This document shows positions 6,919 to 18,391 of a DNA stretch of 33,485 nucleotides, piece by piece. The notes under the pieces are model-generated. The model saw nothing but the letters and a program-made list of their open reading frames with translations. It did no database searches and was not told where the DNA came from. The stretch is from an archaeon BMS3Abin16. GTDB taxonomy: Archaea > Hydrothermarchaeota > Hydrothermarchaeia > Hydrothermarchaeales > SZUA-236. Within the stretch, counting starts at the first letter, position 1; each line of letters opens with the position of its first letter. Location: NCBI GenBank assembly GCA_002923215.1, contig BDTI01000175.1, positions 1-33,485 of the forward strand, in the 5' to 3' direction. Both the position numbers and the translations under genes were made by a program.

Positions 6919-9918
6919 TTATTTTTCTGAAACCGCTGATTTAATCGCGGACAACGCGTATTCCATTGCCTGCGCCACTTTTGCAGTGTCCACACCGGAT
7001 CCCTGGCCGAAATCAGGCCGTCCACCGCCCCGCCCGCCGAGAAGCTCTGCAAGCTCACGAGTAAGGCCGCCCATATCAACGGCTGCGTCTCCCCTGGTGG
7101 CTACAACTGAAACCCGATCTCCCACGCCGAAGAGAACAACAATCCGATTCGTGCCTGAAAGCTTCTTCGCAAGCTTGAGAATATCTTTGGCACTGCCTTC
7201 AACCCGGGATACAATGATTTCAAAGCCCCCTGCTGAGAGGACTTCAAATTCCTGCGCCTGATTATCGGTAGCCTCTTTTTTTGCAGTCTCAAGGAGTTTT
7301 CGCTCACCCTTCCAAAGATCATTGAAGATGTGAAGGCACGTTTCATATAGCATGTCCCCCGGCTTGAACTGTGCATGGCTGGGCAGAGGGATTTTATAGG
7401 TTTTCATCTCAGCGCGGTTTTTTGTTATCTCAGCTAGAAACTTTTTCAGGGTTTTAGGCAGATTTTCAGGTGAAACTGAAAAGAGTTGTGAACACCGTGA
7501 AAGCTCCAAATCCAAAGCATTGATATAATCGAGATTACTTTGAAATTCTTTCTGTGAAAGGATACTGTTAGAAGAGGTTTTTATCTCATCACGTCTTGAC
7601 ACAAGGATAGCTTTAGCCCCTTCATCTAGAACTTCTGAGTCAATGATTATATCCATTGTTGCTGTAAGACGACCGAAAATCTCTTTTTCAATAAATTTTT
7701 CAGCCGCGCTGCCTGCTGTGAACTCAAGCCTCACAATTCCGTCCTGAATCTTTGTGGAGCCCATTATCTTGATGATTTTAGCCTCAGAAGTGTTATGTAG
7801 ATGTGTGCCTCCGCAGGCTTCAACATCCAACCCATCGATTCTCACTATTCGAAGCTCTTTTCCTGGAACCGCGCCGCCCTGATAGAGCCTGAATCCATAC
7901 AGTGATTCCGCAACGTCCCGCTTTAAAATCTTGCTCACCACCGGGAGCCCTTCCTTTATTATCTCGTTTGCCCGCCCCTCAATCTCAGCTAACTGTGCGA
8001 AGGAAAGCGCGGCATAATGGGTTATGTCAAGCCTTGCTTTTTCAAGGGTCTTTTCAGCGCCTGCCTGCCAGATATGCTCACCTAAAATCTCGCGTGAAAC
8101 CCCATTTATAATGTGTGTTGCCGTATGATGCTGTGCAAGCTGAGTCCGCCTATCCCGATCAATCCGACAAGCAACCATATCCCCCTCCTTAAAGTCAGGA
8201 TTTTTAACAACATGGACAACAACACTGCCCTGCTTGAAAATATCAGAAACTTTCCTTCCACTGATTGCCCCAATATCGTGAAGTTGTCCGCCGCTTGTAG
8301 GATAAAAAGCAGTTTTGTCAAGCACCACAAACTTGTTATCAATTATCCTCAGAACCTTTGCCTCAAACTCAAGACGAAGATAATCATCATAGTAGAGAAT
8401 CTCTGTCTTCCCAACGCCCTCCAAGGGTAGCTGCAGCCCTTTACCAGTCTTCGCACGCGCCTCCACCTTCTGATGCCGCTCTGAAACCTTAGCATAAAAA
8501 TCAGGCGGAACATCCACCTTGAGATTTGCCTCAGTGAGCATCTGCGGCGTGATTCCCTGCGAGTCATAGAGAGTTATAAGCCGGTCAAGGGTGAGCCCTC
8601 CTTTAAGAGATGCCACAACCCGCTTTGACTTAGCCCTGGTCTCACTATGTTTACGCTCCTCAACCGACAGTATCTCAGCCACCTCATCCAGATGTTCAGC
8701 AAGCTCAGGGTACTGGGGTTTCAAATATTCTGCATGCCAGCTGCATACGTCTACTAATCCGATGTCCCATGAGTTAGATGAAATTATGTCAAGCGCCCTG
8801 CGTAGAAGAGTTCTGAGGTTGTATCCGCCGCCCACGTTTGAGGGGAGCGCGCCATCGGAAAGCGCAACAAGAAGCGAGCGTGTGTGATCGGCAATCGAAT
8901 AAAGCGCCGCCAGCGGCTCAATCTCAGACTTCAACCGGGCGAGTTCAATTCCAATCTCGTCAGAAATGTATTTCCAGACACGTTCAATGTCATCAACCTC
9001 GTCGAAGTTCAGCATCCCGGAGTAAGGGAGAAAACGCTCAACAACATCGTGATTAGGCCGAATACCCGTTGATTTGTAGAGTCGTTCAATCGCTCCTCCG
9101 AAATTTGCCTCATAGCTTGTGGCAGTCCCATGGGTAAACCACGCCGGGCGCTCCTGACCCATACCCATATCAAGCACCTTGATAGCAAGCTCCCTCGGAG
9201 TGCCGGATCGAATGTCATACTGCATATAAACCTGGTTTCCGATCTCCAGCCCGCGGCTGAAAAACTCCATGCTGGGCCCCATGTTCCCGCCGCCTGCCCA
9301 TGTGTCCTCATGAAACTGTATCTCATCCTTGGGAAGGCCCATTCCCCTGATGAGCCACGTGTAGATGTGGCTGAGATAGTCGGGTGGGCTGTAGCTTTCA
9401 GGAGGCTCAAACGCATGCTGGCCTATCATCACAAAACCTGTGTAGTGGCGGCCCGTGTATCCTACGTTGTCGATGTCGTTGAAGCGCAGGCAGAATTGGG
9501 GGACTACAAGCGGGTTTGCGGGCGGCTCTATCTCGCCGGATACTACATAGGGTTGAAAATCATAGATCGATGCCTGCACAAAATCGGTGTCGTCACGCCA
9601 CCGGGCGGCAACAGGATAACGCTGTATCGGTGTGTAGCCAAGACGGGAAAAGAGCTTTGAAAATTCCTGCCAGGTCTCGATGAAATCCATCTTCTTTTTC
9701 GCAGGTGAATTGCCGATGAAGCTGTATCCACCGCTGCACTCAGGCTCGCCGCAAACATCCCTCGAAATAGTGCTCCAAAAGGCTGTGCCGCACCTGCTGC
9801 AGATTCCACGGCTGAACCCCTCCGCTTTCAAAACCTCAACCGGATAAAACCGCTCAGGATCGGCCTTTGCACGGGCCTTGAACTCTGCCTTTATCTTCTT
9901 CTCATTAACAGGAGCCAT
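6919..9918 (-). CDS. alaS: Alanine--tRNA ligase, archaeal type
   Basis: 999 aa from the ATG at 9918-9916 (the tracked ORF adds one TTG codon). The archaeal AlaRS N-terminus has the CSRCGTAFWS...CGEPEC zinc motif. The editing domain carries HTATHI and CGGTHL. The C-terminus has a DHHA1-like GGRGGGRPDFGQG block. Confidence 0.95.
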   Translation of the reverse strand: MAPVNEKKIKAEFKARAKADPERFYPVEVLKAEGFSRGICSRCGTAFWSTISRDVCGEPECSGGYSFIGNSPAKKKMDFIETWQEFSKLFSRLGYTPIQRYPVAARWRDDTDFVQASIYDFQPYVVSGEIEPPANPLVVPQFCLRFNDIDNVGYTGRHYTGFVMIGQHAFEPPESYSPPDYLSHIYTWLIRGMGLPKDEIQFHEDTWAGGGNMGPSMEFFSRGLEIGNQVYMQYDIRSGTPRELAIKVLDMGMGQERPAWFTHGTATSYEANFGGAIERLYKSTGIRPNHDVVERFLPYSGMLNFDEVDDIERVWKYISDEIGIELARLKSEIEPLAALYSIADHTRSLLVALSDGALPSNVGGGYNLRTLLRRALDIISSNSWDIGLVDVCSWHAEYLKPQYPELAEHLDEVAEILSVEERKHSETRAKSKRVVASLKGGLTLDRLITLYDSQGITPQMLTEANLKVDVPPDFYAKVSERHQKVEARAKTGKGLQLPLEGVGKTEILYYDDYLRLEFEAKVLRIIDNKFVVLDKTAFYPTSGGQLHDIGAISGRKVSDIFKQGSVVVHVVKNPDFKEGDMVACRIDRDRRTQLAQHHTATHIINGVSREILGEHIWQAGAEKTLEKARLDITHYAALSFAQLAEIEGRANEIIKEGLPVVSKILKRDVAESLYGFRLYQGGAVPGKELRIVRIDGLDVEACGGTHLHNTSEAKIIKIMGSTKIQDGIVRLEFTAGSAAEKFIEKEIFGRLTATMDIIIDSEVLDEGAKAILVSRRDEIKTSSNSILSQKEFQSNLDYINALDLELSRCSQLFSVSPENLPKTLKKFLAEITKNRAEMKTYKIPLPSHAQFKPGDMLYETCLHIFNDLWKGERKLLETAKKEATDNQAQEFEVLSAGGFEIIVSRVEGSAKDILKLAKKLSGTNRIVVLFGVGDRVSVVATRGDAAVDMGGLTRELAELLGGRGGGRPDFGQGSGVDTAKVAQAMEYALSAIKSAVSEK

Positions 9919-9941
9919 CAAAAAACAGGTTGCTGAGAAGA

Positions 9942-9949
9942 GTAATAAA
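9942..9949 (-). promoter_or_regulatory. TATA-like element (TTTATTAC on the minus strand) upstream of alaS
   Basis: Centred about 27 nt upstream of the alaS ATG (9918), consistent with a leaderless mRNA. It has one deviation from the consensus. Confidence 0.3.
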
Positions 9950-9994
9950 GGTTTTGATACTCTGGAGTATAGTATTCAGTTGAAACCCTATTGA

Positions 9995-10969
9995 TCAGAG
10001 CCACTTTGCAGCGTCTTTAGCAAAATATGTGAGAATCAGATCAGCGCCCGCTCTTTTAATCGAAGTCAAGCTTTCAAGAACCACACTCTGCTCATTGAGA
10101 TATTCTTTTTCAGCCGCTGCTTTTATCATCGAGTACTCGCCGCTCACCTGATAGGCGGCCGTGGGCATTTGAAACTCTTCTTTCACACGCCGGATGATGT
10201 CGAGATAGGGCATGGCTGGTTTCACCATCACAATATCCGCTCCCTCCTCAATGTCGAGATACGTCTCGTGCAGGGCTTCGTCAGAGTTTCGCATGTCCAT
10301 CTGATAGCCCCGCCTGTCACCTGTGGATGGCGAGGAGTATGCTGCGTCTCTGAAGGGGCCAAAAAAGGATGAGGCATACTTGGCTGCATAAGCCATAATC
10401 GGAACCCCGGTGAATCCGGAGTTGTCAAGCGCCTGTCGAATAGCGCCGACCCGGCCGTCCATCATGTCGCTGGGCGCAACCATATCAACGCCCGCACTTG
10501 CGTGGCTTACCGCTTCTTTAGCCAGGAGTTCAAGTGTTGCATCGTTATCGACACTCCCGTTTTCCATTAGCACGCCGCAGTGGCCGTGAGATGTGTATTC
10601 ACACATGCAAACGTCAGTGATAATTACCAGATCATCCCCGACCTCGTCCTTTATCTCCCGAATAGCAGTCTGAACAACGCCGGATTCATCAAAGGCGCTT
10701 GACCCGACCTCGTCCTTTGTTTTCGGGATGCCGAAGAGTATCACGGCCGGAATGCCGAGCTCTACAAGCTCACGGGCTTCTGCGCGCACGTCACCAGGCG
10801 CGAGACGAAATTGCCCAGGCATCGTGGAAATAGGTTGTTTCGACTTCAAGGTTTCATCGATAAAAATAGGGTAGATGAGATCATCAACCGTAAGCCGTGT
10901 TTCCGCAACCATGTCACGGAGCCTGCCCGTCCGTCTAAGCCGCCTCATCCTGCGCGTTGGAAACATCAT
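9995..10969 (-). CDS. hemB: Porphobilinogen synthase (delta-aminolevulinic acid dehydratase)
   Basis: [13 protein letters not shown] is a typical HemB N-terminus. The [12 protein letters not shown] zinc site and the active-site Lys regions (VMVKPA, and [11 protein letters not shown] near the second lysine) are present. I place the start at the ATG at 10969, 1 nt after the hemA stop, rather than the tracked GTG at 10981. Confidence 0.93.
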   Translation of the reverse strand: MMFPTRRMRRLRRTGRLRDMVAETRLTVDDLIYPIFIDETLKSKQPISTMPGQFRLAPGDVRAEARELVELGIPAVILFGIPKTKDEVGSSAFDESGVVQTAIREIKDEVGDDLVIITDVCMCEYTSHGHCGVLMENGSVDNDATLELLAKEAVSHASAGVDMVAPSDMMDGRVGAIRQALDNSGFTGVPIMAYAAKYASSFFGPFRDAAYSSPSTGDRRGYQMDMRNSDEALHETYLDIEEGADIVMVKPAMPYLDIIRRVKEEFQMPTAAYQVSGEYSMIKAAAEKEYLNEQSVVLESLTSIKRAGADLILTYFAKDAAKWL

Positions 10970-10970
10970 A

Positions 10971-12308
10971 TTATGACTCACCCCTTAAAAAGTATATTTC
11001 AGCCGCCCGAAGCGCGTCTTTATCATCAATCTCCGCAACACGACGTATCTGCTTTGTAATCGGCGTCATAGTCCGTTTCACAATCACCTTTGTAAGCCTG
11101 TCGATAACCTCTTTTTCCTTTTCCCCGATACCGTTTCCAAGCATAGATATCGCTTTTTCAAGCTCTTTTGTGCGCACCGTCTCAGCGTTTTTGAAGACAG
11201 CAGTTACAATCCGATCCACATCAACGTGATAAAGCTTTTTTTCCAGCAGGCCTATCTCCTCCTCGATTATCTCTTCAACGGCGTAGACCTCTTTCATCCG
11301 CTTCTTCAAGTTTTCATTTGCAACGCTTCGCAGCGAATCAATGTTAAAAAGAGTCACACCATCAAGCATTCCAACAGCAGGCTCAACATCACGGGGATTT
11401 GCAACATCGATTACTACGAGGGCCTCTCCACTCTTTCGCTCGTCAAGAATGGGTTTTACAAGTTCAACTGTGATTATCGGCTTGGTCGCGCCTGTTGCTG
11501 TGAGGAGTAGATCAGTATCAGCCAGCTCCGATTGTATATCTTCAAACTTCACTGCACGCCCTCCCAGCGACTCGGCAAGAACAGCCGCCTTTTCAAAGGT
11601 GCGATTGGCGACCACGATTTCACGGGTCTCAACCTCTGTGAGACTCTTTATTATGAGCTTGCCCATGTCACCTGCGCCGGTAATGAGAACTTTACGGTCT
11701 GAAAGGTCTCCGAACACCTCTTTTGCCAGGTCAACTGCCGCGCTTCCAATCGAGACTGCGCCTTCGTTTATCCGTGTCTCTTTTCGTGCCCTCTGACCCA
11801 CTTTAATGCTCTTTGTAAAAATAGTGGTGAGAAAAGGATTTGTGCACCTGGATTCACGGGCCATTGCTAAAGATTCCTTCATCTGCCCCAGTATCTGGTC
11901 TTCGCCGATGATCATAGACTCCATTCCGCAGGCGAGGCGCAGGAGGTGGAGCAAGGCATTATTGTGATATTCAACCTCGATTACATCGTGGAACTGTTTT
12001 GACGCGGTGATCATGTGTTCAAGGATTTTTTCCCTGGGCATCTTGGACGCGCCGTTTTTAAAATGCGCCTTGAACTTGGCGATGGTTTCACCCATGATAT
12101 AGTCGATCAGGTTGTGATGGGCTTCGCTTATGTTTTCAGCGGCTACGAATATCTCCACCCTGTTACATGTCTGTATCAAAACACAGCCCTTTATCTGTGG
12201 GAGCGCGGCAATATCTCTAAGCGCCTCTTTCGGGTCTGTGAAGGAGATGGATTCAAGGGTTGGTACATCAGCCTTTTTATGAGTGATTCTCACGTTAAGC
12301 GTGTGCAT
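10971..12308 (-). CDS. hemA: Glutamyl-tRNA reductase
   Basis: 445 aa. It has the catalytic TCNRVEIF motif, the [18 protein letters not shown] block and the NADPH-binding [11 protein letters not shown] motif. It lies immediately upstream of hemB. Confidence 0.93.
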   Translation of the reverse strand: MHTLNVRITHKKADVPTLESISFTDPKEALRDIAALPQIKGCVLIQTCNRVEIFVAAENISEAHHNLIDYIMGETIAKFKAHFKNGASKMPREKILEHMITASKQFHDVIEVEYHNNALLHLLRLACGMESMIIGEDQILGQMKESLAMARESRCTNPFLTTIFTKSIKVGQRARKETRINEGAVSIGSAAVDLAKEVFGDLSDRKVLITGAGDMGKLIIKSLTEVETREIVVANRTFEKAAVLAESLGGRAVKFEDIQSELADTDLLLTATGATKPIITVELVKPILDERKSGEALVVIDVANPRDVEPAVGMLDGVTLFNIDSLRSVANENLKKRMKEVYAVEEIIEEEIGLLEKKLYHVDVDRIVTAVFKNAETVRTKELEKAISMLGNGIGEKEKEVIDRLTKVIVKRTMTPITKQIRRVAEIDDKDALRAAEIYFLRGES

Positions 12309-12459
12309 GATACCTCTTTTTACTCTATAAACATCTGTTTCTAAAAACTTAATCTTATTAATTATTAACCGAATATGTCCAATTGCCAGTATTTCTGTAA
12401 GGTTTAGTATAAAAAACTTGAGTCAATGCTTTTGTAATTTTCCCCCCATGGATTTACAG

Positions 12460-13386
12460 TTAAAACACGGGTTTTCCATCTTTTATTATGACGTGAGTAT
12501 CAACGAAAACCGTGGGATATTTGATTATGCCGTCGAGATGCAGCTCAGCATCCACGGACCCGCCGAAAGACGTGTTGCTGCCGAATGCCACATGCACCGT
12601 GCCCAGGACCTTTTCATCCTCTAAAACATTGCCGGAAAGCCTTGCCATGGGATTTGTGCCGACACCGATTTCAGCCACATTAGTGCTGTTTTCGATGGAC
12701 TTGAAGATATTTTCAAGAGCGCTGTAGTTTGTTGACACCGCCCTGCCATCTTCAACTTCTACAACGATAGGGTCGTGGTCGAGCCCGGAGCCTGCTATCG
12801 GGCCGTCAAAGACAAGCCGACCGCTGGAGCTGCCTTCAACCGGTGCGATAAACCCTTCGCCGCCGGGAAGATTTCCATAGACCCCTTTTTCTGTGAGAAG
12901 CCCGGTATCTGCAAAGCCCTTTCGCCCGGTGATGTCAGCTCTAAAGTTTGTTCCAAGATCGGTTTTAATCAAAACAGTTTTCCCACAGGATAAAATATCG
13001 GCAGCCTTTCGGGACGCCTTTGAAACCTCAGTGTAATCAGCGGTCATCCCCCCGCTTGTGAGCATACCCACTGTTATCCCCGGCATCGAAGCAACACGGG
13101 CGCCATGTTTAACCGCCCTTTTCGTAGCCTCTGTGTGGGTCACGGACTTTGATGTCACACCCACCACAACATCAGCGGCTGCCATCGCCCGGGCAACATC
13201 CAGGGGCAGCTCCTCGCCATGCATACGGCGCGGCTTCATAACTAGGAGCCTGAGATTTTTTGTAAGCGGCTTCAGAGCGGACTTGATAACCTCTGTTGTA
13301 TCGTTCATCGCAGTGTCTGTAAGCAGCAGAACAGACTCGTCATCTTTAATATTGAGGCATGCTTGAAACGTGTCGGAAAGGGTCAT
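12460..13386 (-). CDS. Aminopeptidase, M29 (aminopeptidase T / AmpS-like, COG2309) family
   Basis: 308 aa. NLPGGEGFIAPVE, EIGVGTNP and GTVHVAFGSN...HLDG blocks are typical of thermophilic M29 metalloaminopeptidases. Confidence 0.8.
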   Translation of the reverse strand: MTLSDTFQACLNIKDDESVLLLTDTAMNDTTEVIKSALKPLTKNLRLLVMKPRRMHGEELPLDVARAMAAADVVVGVTSKSVTHTEATKRAVKHGARVASMPGITVGMLTSGGMTADYTEVSKASRKAADILSCGKTVLIKTDLGTNFRADITGRKGFADTGLLTEKGVYGNLPGGEGFIAPVEGSSSGRLVFDGPIAGSGLDHDPIVVEVEDGRAVSTNYSALENIFKSIENSTNVAEIGVGTNPMARLSGNVLEDEKVLGTVHVAFGSNTSFGGSVDAELHLDGIIKYPTVFVDTHVIIKDGKPVF

Positions 13387-13485
13387 ATCTGCAAATACGT
13401 GGGGCGGTTGATAAATATTGAGGTGAAGTCGCAGACCGCGATTATTGGGACAAGCTATTTTAATTTAAAGACCGAATTTGCTTTG

Positions 13486-14760
13486 ATGGACGTTAAAATC
13501 AAGGAATCAAATATCAGGGATTTCACGGTCACAGCCCCGGCTTCGAAGAGCTACACCCACCGTGCCTATGCCCTGGCGCTTCTAGCTGACGGCCGCTCGC
13601 GGATCCGTAGTCCGCTTAGGGCTGGTGACACTGATTCAACTCTTGCCGCCTGCCAGGCATTGGGTGCAGGTGTAAATGTAGAAGGCAACACCGTTGTTAT
13701 CGATGGCACAGTGGGAGTGCTTGAAACACCGCCTGCCGAGATTGATGTGGGTAACTCTGGAACCACAATACGGCTTTTCACATCGATCGCAGCCCTTAAC
13801 GGCAGGGCACGTCTCACAGGCGATGAATCCATTCAAAAGCGGCCTATGCAACCACTGCTCGACGCACTCAGCCAGCTCGGTGTAAAGGCTGTTTCAACCA
13901 AGGATAATGGTATGCCTCCAATCGAGGTGGCTGGAGGCAAAATCCCCGGAGGCACAGCCAGTATTCGAGGCGACATAAGTTCCCAGTTCATATCATCGCT
14001 CCTCATAGCCGCGCCCTATGCAAGAAAACCGGTAGAAATCGAGCTTACAACACCCTTGAAATCACGGCCCTATGTGGATGTAACACTTGATATTATGAAG
14101 CGATTCAGGCTTACAGTTGAGACTGAAGGGTACCGGAGTTTCACAGTCCCACAGGGAGTTTACAAACACAGGGATTACACTGTTGAAGGTGATTATTCCT
14201 CAGCATCCTATTTCCTCGCGCTCGCGGCGATGACCGGATGCAGTGTTACCGTTGAAAACTTGCAGGCAGATACGGTTCAAGGCGACAGGACTATTCTTAA
14301 CATTCTCAAAGATATGGGTGCAAATATTGTGGTTTCAACAGACTCTGTAAGGGTTGACGGAGAAGGTCTTTCAGGGGTTGAAGTGGATCTTGGTGACACA
14401 CCGGATCTTCTGCCCACTGTTGCTGCGCTTGCAAGCGTTGCAAAGGGCGAAACTGTGATCAGTAATATTGAGCACGCCAGATATAAGGAGTCAGACCGTG
14501 TGGCTGCCTGCGCGAGGGAGTTCGCACGCTTCGGAGTTGAAATCACGGAGGGAAGAGACCACTTGGTAATCAAGGGCGGCGGCAGCTTGAAAGGCGCAAG
14601 GGTTAATAGCTATGGAGACCACAGGATGGTCATGGCGCTAGCAATAGTTGGAGCCTGCGCTGAAGGTGAGACTGTGATCGGCGGAGCAGAATCAGTAGAT
14701 ATTTCATTTCCAGGTTTTTTTGACGTCCTGAAAAAAGCAGGTGCAGAGGTGATGTATTAG
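13486..14760 (+). CDS. aroA: 3-phosphoshikimate 1-carboxyvinyltransferase (EPSP synthase)
   Basis: From the ATG at 13486 the protein reads [27 protein letters not shown]..., the normal AroA N-terminus. [22 protein letters not shown] and KESDR motifs are present. The 41 upstream codons in the tracked ORF overlap the divergent aminopeptidase gene and its promoter region. Confidence 0.93.
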   Translation: MDVKIKESNIRDFTVTAPASKSYTHRAYALALLADGRSRIRSPLRAGDTDSTLAACQALGAGVNVEGNTVVIDGTVGVLETPPAEIDVGNSGTTIRLFTSIAALNGRARLTGDESIQKRPMQPLLDALSQLGVKAVSTKDNGMPPIEVAGGKIPGGTASIRGDISSQFISSLLIAAPYARKPVEIELTTPLKSRPYVDVTLDIMKRFRLTVETEGYRSFTVPQGVYKHRDYTVEGDYSSASYFLALAAMTGCSVTVENLQADTVQGDRTILNILKDMGANIVVSTDSVRVDGEGLSGVEVDLGDTPDLLPTVAALASVAKGETVISNIEHARYKESDRVAACAREFARFGVEITEGRDHLVIKGGGSLKGARVNSYGDHRMVMALAIVGACAEGETVIGGAESVDISFPGFFDVLKKAGAEVMY

Positions 14761-14761
14761 C

Positions 14762-15847
14762 ATGGGTGGAAATAGCTTTGGAGAGATTTTCAGGATAACA
14801 ACATTCGGCGAGTCCCATGGAGCAGGGGTGGGCGTGGTTGTTGATGGTTGCCCGGCAGGACTTAAGCTTTGTGAAGCGGATGTTCAGGCTGAGCTTGACA
14901 GGCGCAGGCCAGGCCAGAGCAGGCTTACAACACCGAGGAGCGAAGCTGACAGTGTTTCCATTCTCTCAGGGGTTTTCGAGGGAAAGACGACTGGCACTCC
15001 AATCGCCATGATTGTGCATAACAAAGACCAGGATTCAAGCGCCTACGAGTCGATTAAGGATCTGGCTAGGCCGAATCACGCGGATTACACATTTTTCATG
15101 AAGTATGGCCTACGTGACTGGAGGGGTGGCGGCAGGTCGTCTGGCCGTGAAACTGTGAGTCGTGTTGCTGCTGGAGCGGTTGCAAAAAAGCTCCTCTCCC
15201 AAAGTGGTGTTTCAGTCATTGGCCACACTGTTGCGGTGGCAGGAATAAAAACAGGGGAGGTTTCACATGCGGGTATCATCGGAAATGCTGAAGATAATCC
15301 TGTACGCTGCGCTGACCCCGATGTTGCGGCAAAGATGGAAGAGGCGATTCTCGCTGCCAAGAGGGAAGGTGACTCAGTTGGAGGAGTGGTGGAGGTAATA
15401 GCCTTAAATGTGCCAGTTGGACTTGGTGAGCCTGTCTTTGACAAGCTTGACGCTGACCTTGCAAAGGCGATTATGTCGATCGGCGCTGTTAAAGGTGTTG
15501 AGATCGGCGCAGGATTTGCAGTCACAGATAGACTGGGGTCTGAAAACAACGATGAATTCATAATTAGGGATGGTAAGGTTGAAACTACATCCAACAACTC
15601 TGGAGGGATCTTGGGCGGGATTTCAAACGGAATGCCGATTGTTCTGCGGGCAGCGGTCAAACCCACGTCATCGATTGCGAAAGAGCAGCGCACCATAGAC
15701 CTCTCAACAGTGGAAGAAGCCACAATCAAAGTAGGCGGCAGACATGACCCATGCATCGTCCCAAGAGTGCTACCCGTGTGCGAGGCAATGGTTGCATTGG
15801 TGCTTGCGGATCATCTCCTTAGAAACAGGGCGTCAAAGGTGTGGTGA
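14762..15847 (+). CDS. aroC: Chorismate synthase
   Basis: 361 aa. The N-terminus [17 protein letters not shown] and the [10 protein letters not shown] and RHDPC motifs are present. It starts 1 nt after the aroA stop. Confidence 0.95.
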   Translation: MGGNSFGEIFRITTFGESHGAGVGVVVDGCPAGLKLCEADVQAELDRRRPGQSRLTTPRSEADSVSILSGVFEGKTTGTPIAMIVHNKDQDSSAYESIKDLARPNHADYTFFMKYGLRDWRGGGRSSGRETVSRVAAGAVAKKLLSQSGVSVIGHTVAVAGIKTGEVSHAGIIGNAEDNPVRCADPDVAAKMEEAILAAKREGDSVGGVVEVIALNVPVGLGEPVFDKLDADLAKAIMSIGAVKGVEIGAGFAVTDRLGSENNDEFIIRDGKVETTSNNSGGILGGISNGMPIVLRAAVKPTSSIAKEQRTIDLSTVEEATIKVGGRHDPCIVPRVLPVCEAMVALVLADHLLRNRASKVW

Positions 15848-16080
15848 GCAAGGTAATATCTGGCCGGGGCACCCTCCCGAAAATATTCCAAAAAAATAGG
15901 CCCCCTCTCCCACAAACAGTGTAATGTATGGTTTTTTGGTGTATATCACTTATTGGGGTTCTAACTTTTGAAATCCTAAATGAAAACTCAGAAATCCGCA
16001 TATCCTTTTCGTTTTTCGCAGTTTAATTCGAGAATTTATCAAGAAAAGATTATCTTCGCAAAAGCAACATTAAATCGAGG

Positions 16081-16932
16081 ATGCGCCTCGCTTCAAAGCT
16101 GACTAAAAAGTTTGTGCCCTTCTTAGAAATCCTGAAACTAAAGGGAAGCCTAGTAGATGTCTCAACCATCCTAGTGACTGGAGCATTCACCGGAACAACA
16201 GATCAAAAAATCATCCTAGCCATACTCTCCGGGGCCATGATACACAGCGGAGGAGACATAATAAACGATATCTACGACATCGAGATCGACCGGATATGCA
16301 AGCCCAAGGCGCCGATACCCTCAGGGCGGATGTCGATCAGAACCGCATGGCTCTATCTAACATCGATCGTTGGCGCAGCACTTTATATCTCCATTCTATT
16401 AAGCAGAACCTATTTCAGCCTGTTAATAATAGGAGTGCTAACTGGATACATCCTGTACTCACATCCCAAGTTCAGGTTCAAAGACATCCCCACTCTTTCA
16501 ATAGCGATAATAGCCCTCTATTTTTTTCTTGAATCCCTCGGAGTCTGGAGCATATATTCCCCCATATCAAAAGACGCATTAATCGTGGCGACCTACGTCT
16601 TCTTTCTAACCTTTTCACTCGTCTTTATGAAGGACTTCAGAGACGTGAAGGGAGACATAAACTCGCTTCCCATAATGCTTGGCGCGAGACGAGCGGCAAT
16701 CGTGTCTAGCATCCTCTGTTTAATCCCTTTGATACTACTTGGAGCGCTGTACATTATTTACGGATGGCTTATCATTCTAATAGCATCACTCGTTTTCGCA
16801 GGTCTAATCTCTTTCTGCCTAAGGATACTATTATTTGGTGATCCGGTATCCCGCGGAAGGGAGCTAAAAAACAAGATGATACTAGCCCTCACCATCCCCA
16901 ACATCCTCATCTTCGCTTTGGACAAGTTTTAA
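16081..16932 (+). CDS. UbiA-family prenyltransferase (possibly DGGGP-synthase-like)
   Basis: 283-aa polytopic membrane protein. It carries the first Asp-rich motif NDIYDIEIDRICKPKAPIPSGR and a second motif region KDFRDVKGD. Confidence 0.8.
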   Translation: MRLASKLTKKFVPFLEILKLKGSLVDVSTILVTGAFTGTTDQKIILAILSGAMIHSGGDIINDIYDIEIDRICKPKAPIPSGRMSIRTAWLYLTSIVGAALYISILLSRTYFSLLIIGVLTGYILYSHPKFRFKDIPTLSIAIIALYFFLESLGVWSIYSPISKDALIVATYVFFLTFSLVFMKDFRDVKGDINSLPIMLGARRAAIVSSILCLIPLILLGALYIIYGWLIILIASLVFAGLISFCLRILLFGDPVSRGRELKNKMILALTIPNILIFALDKF

Positions 16933-16946
16933 TTAAAAAAACGGGC

Positions 16947-17582
16947 TTAATCTCGCGGGGCAAAACGTTTGAAAAACTTCCCCCTGAACATTTCAAGCCG
17001 TTTTTCGTCTTTTTCTGTCATAGGCGAGAGCTTCTTATACTTTTCAATAAATTCTTTTTGAATAAAAAAATCTATTATCGAAAAATCCTTTAGAATATAG
17101 ACAGTCGTCTGAATCCCATGATATCGCTCCTTTAGATAAATCTCAGAATAGCTCCTCACAGCATCCTCAGATGTTGCAAGCCCGTGGATTGTTGCAAGAG
17201 TCCCATATGAGGTGGCAACATCCTTTAACAGGACATTTCCAAAAAGCGTTGGCGTGCTCACAATGTCACCCACATTTTTCAGATACTCGTCAGCTGCGAA
17301 TATATGGTCCCTCTCGATTTCATGAAGAGTTACGCTGTTTTCAGCCTCTACAATGATCAGAAACCGGGTTGAATATCCTAGCTTCTCCCAGTCAATCTCC
17401 GCCGTATAGCCTTTAATTATCCCTTTTTTCTCAAGTTCTTTTCGATAATAGGCCGCAGAATTCTCGCTTTTATAGCCTAGGATATCCTTCAATTTGGAGT
17501 CGGTAAGCCGACCGTTTCGCATAAGGCTGACGATGGTTAGGGTCTGATTTCTATTAAGATTGGGAAATAGGTTTTCAATCAT
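16947..17582 (-). CDS. Putative Lrp/AsnC-like transcriptional regulator (winged HTH plus a ligand-type domain)
   Basis: From the ATG at 17582 the protein reads MIENLFPNLNRNQTLTIVSLMRNGRLTDSKLKDILGYKSENSAAYYRKELEKKGIIKGYTAEIDWEKLGY, followed by a beta-alpha-beta-like domain. The assignment is by overall pattern only. Confidence 0.55.
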   Translation of the reverse strand: MIENLFPNLNRNQTLTIVSLMRNGRLTDSKLKDILGYKSENSAAYYRKELEKKGIIKGYTAEIDWEKLGYSTRFLIIVEAENSVTLHEIERDHIFAADEYLKNVGDIVSTPTLFGNVLLKDVATSYGTLATIHGLATSEDAVRSYSEIYLKERYHGIQTTVYILKDFSIIDFFIQKEFIEKYKKLSPMTEKDEKRLEMFRGKFFKRFAPRD

Positions 17583-17770
17583 CCTGTTTTCAATTTGAAG
17601 GCAAGACAAATAAAGCTTTCTGCAAAAAACATAAAAAGTCATCAAAAAGATAGCAAAACAATAGGCACAGAAGCATTCAAAGCAACAAATGCAAAGGACA
17701 CATATACTGAAATATCCAATTAAAAAAGCAGAAATCTTTTTATGCCTCTGCACGGTTCCCTATCTTAGAT

Positions 17771-18391
17771 ATGAAAGCAAATATTAAGAGCCTCTTTCTA
17801 ACAGGCCTCGTCATCTTCGTGCCCCTGGCAGCGACACTCTATGTGCTTGTAGTAGGCTTTAGGTTTCTAGACAGCATACTCAGGCCCTTTATCACAACCC
17901 TGATAGGATTTGCGGGAAGCAAGTTCTATATCCCAGGAATCAGCCTTCTTGTGCTGTTTTTTTTGATAACACTTCTCGGCGCCTTTGCCCGCATCACACT
18001 TGGACAAAAGCTTGTAAACGCCTTTGAAAACCTGCTCTTAAAACTCCCCCTTGTAAAAGGCATATACTCAACAGTCAAACATGCAAGCACCGCCTTTTTA
18101 TCAAACCACAGCCCAGGCTTCATGGGTGTTGTGCTCGTGGAATACCCTAGAAGAGGAGTCTATGTAATCGGCCTCACAACCGCAGTCGGTGTGGAGGAGA
18201 TACAGGCCAAGACCATGCAGAAGATGATAAACGTGTTCATACCAACCTCACCCAACCCGACGTCAGGCATGCTGCTCATTGTTCCAGAGGATGAGGTGAT
18301 CAAGCTTGATATGACTGTTGATGAAGGCCTTAAGCTTGTGATCTCCGGCGGTTTTTCCAATGTTAAAAATGATTCCAAAGAGTCATCCTAG
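17771..18391 (+). CDS. DUF502-family membrane protein
   Basis: 206 aa. The N-terminus LFLTGLVIFVPLAATLYVL, a second TM helix, and the later PTSPNPTSG block are typical of DUF502 (COG2928). Confidence 0.7.
   Translation: MKANIKSLFLTGLVIFVPLAATLYVLVVGFRFLDSILRPFITTLIGFAGSKFYIPGISLLVLFFLITLLGAFARITLGQKLVNAFENLLLKLPLVKGIYSTVKHASTAFLSNHSPGFMGVVLVEYPRRGVYVIGLTTAVGVEEIQAKTMQKMINVFIPTSPNPTSGMLLIVPEDEVIKLDMTVDEGLKLVISGGFSNVKNDSKESS

Noticed and set aside
6919-9918. AlaRS looks long (999 aa) and might carry an insertion between the editing and C-terminal domains
   Set aside because: Without an alignment I cannot tell whether the length is outside the normal archaeal range. No intein-like or repeat signature is visible.
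13363-13485. 41-codon upstream extension of aroA in the ORF track
   Set aside because: It overlaps the 5' end of the divergent aminopeptidase gene. The canonical AroA N-terminus begins at the ATG at 13486.
15085-15756. 223-aa ORF antisense to aroC, and similar long antisense ORFs inside alaS, hemA, cdhD and the aminopeptidase gene
   Set aside because: All are Ser/Pro/Thr/Ala/Arg-rich shadows of strongly supported genes on the opposite strand. None has its own motif or start context.
15848-16080. 233-nt gap between aroC and the UbiA gene, examined for a tRNA, C/D box sRNA or small ORF
   Set aside because: I found no cloverleaf-compatible stems, no RUGAUGA/CUGA pairs with proper spacing and no convincing ORF. 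It is treated as a promoter or spacer region.
17583-17753. Cys/Phe-rich 57-codon N-terminal extension of the regulator ORF (CVLCICCFECFCAYCF), which could look like a metal-binding or RiPP-like leader
   Set aside because: It lies in the AT-rich divergent promoter region shared with the DUF502 gene. The regulator has a normal N-terminus from the ATG at 17582. The extension is most simply an open upstream frame, not coding sequence.
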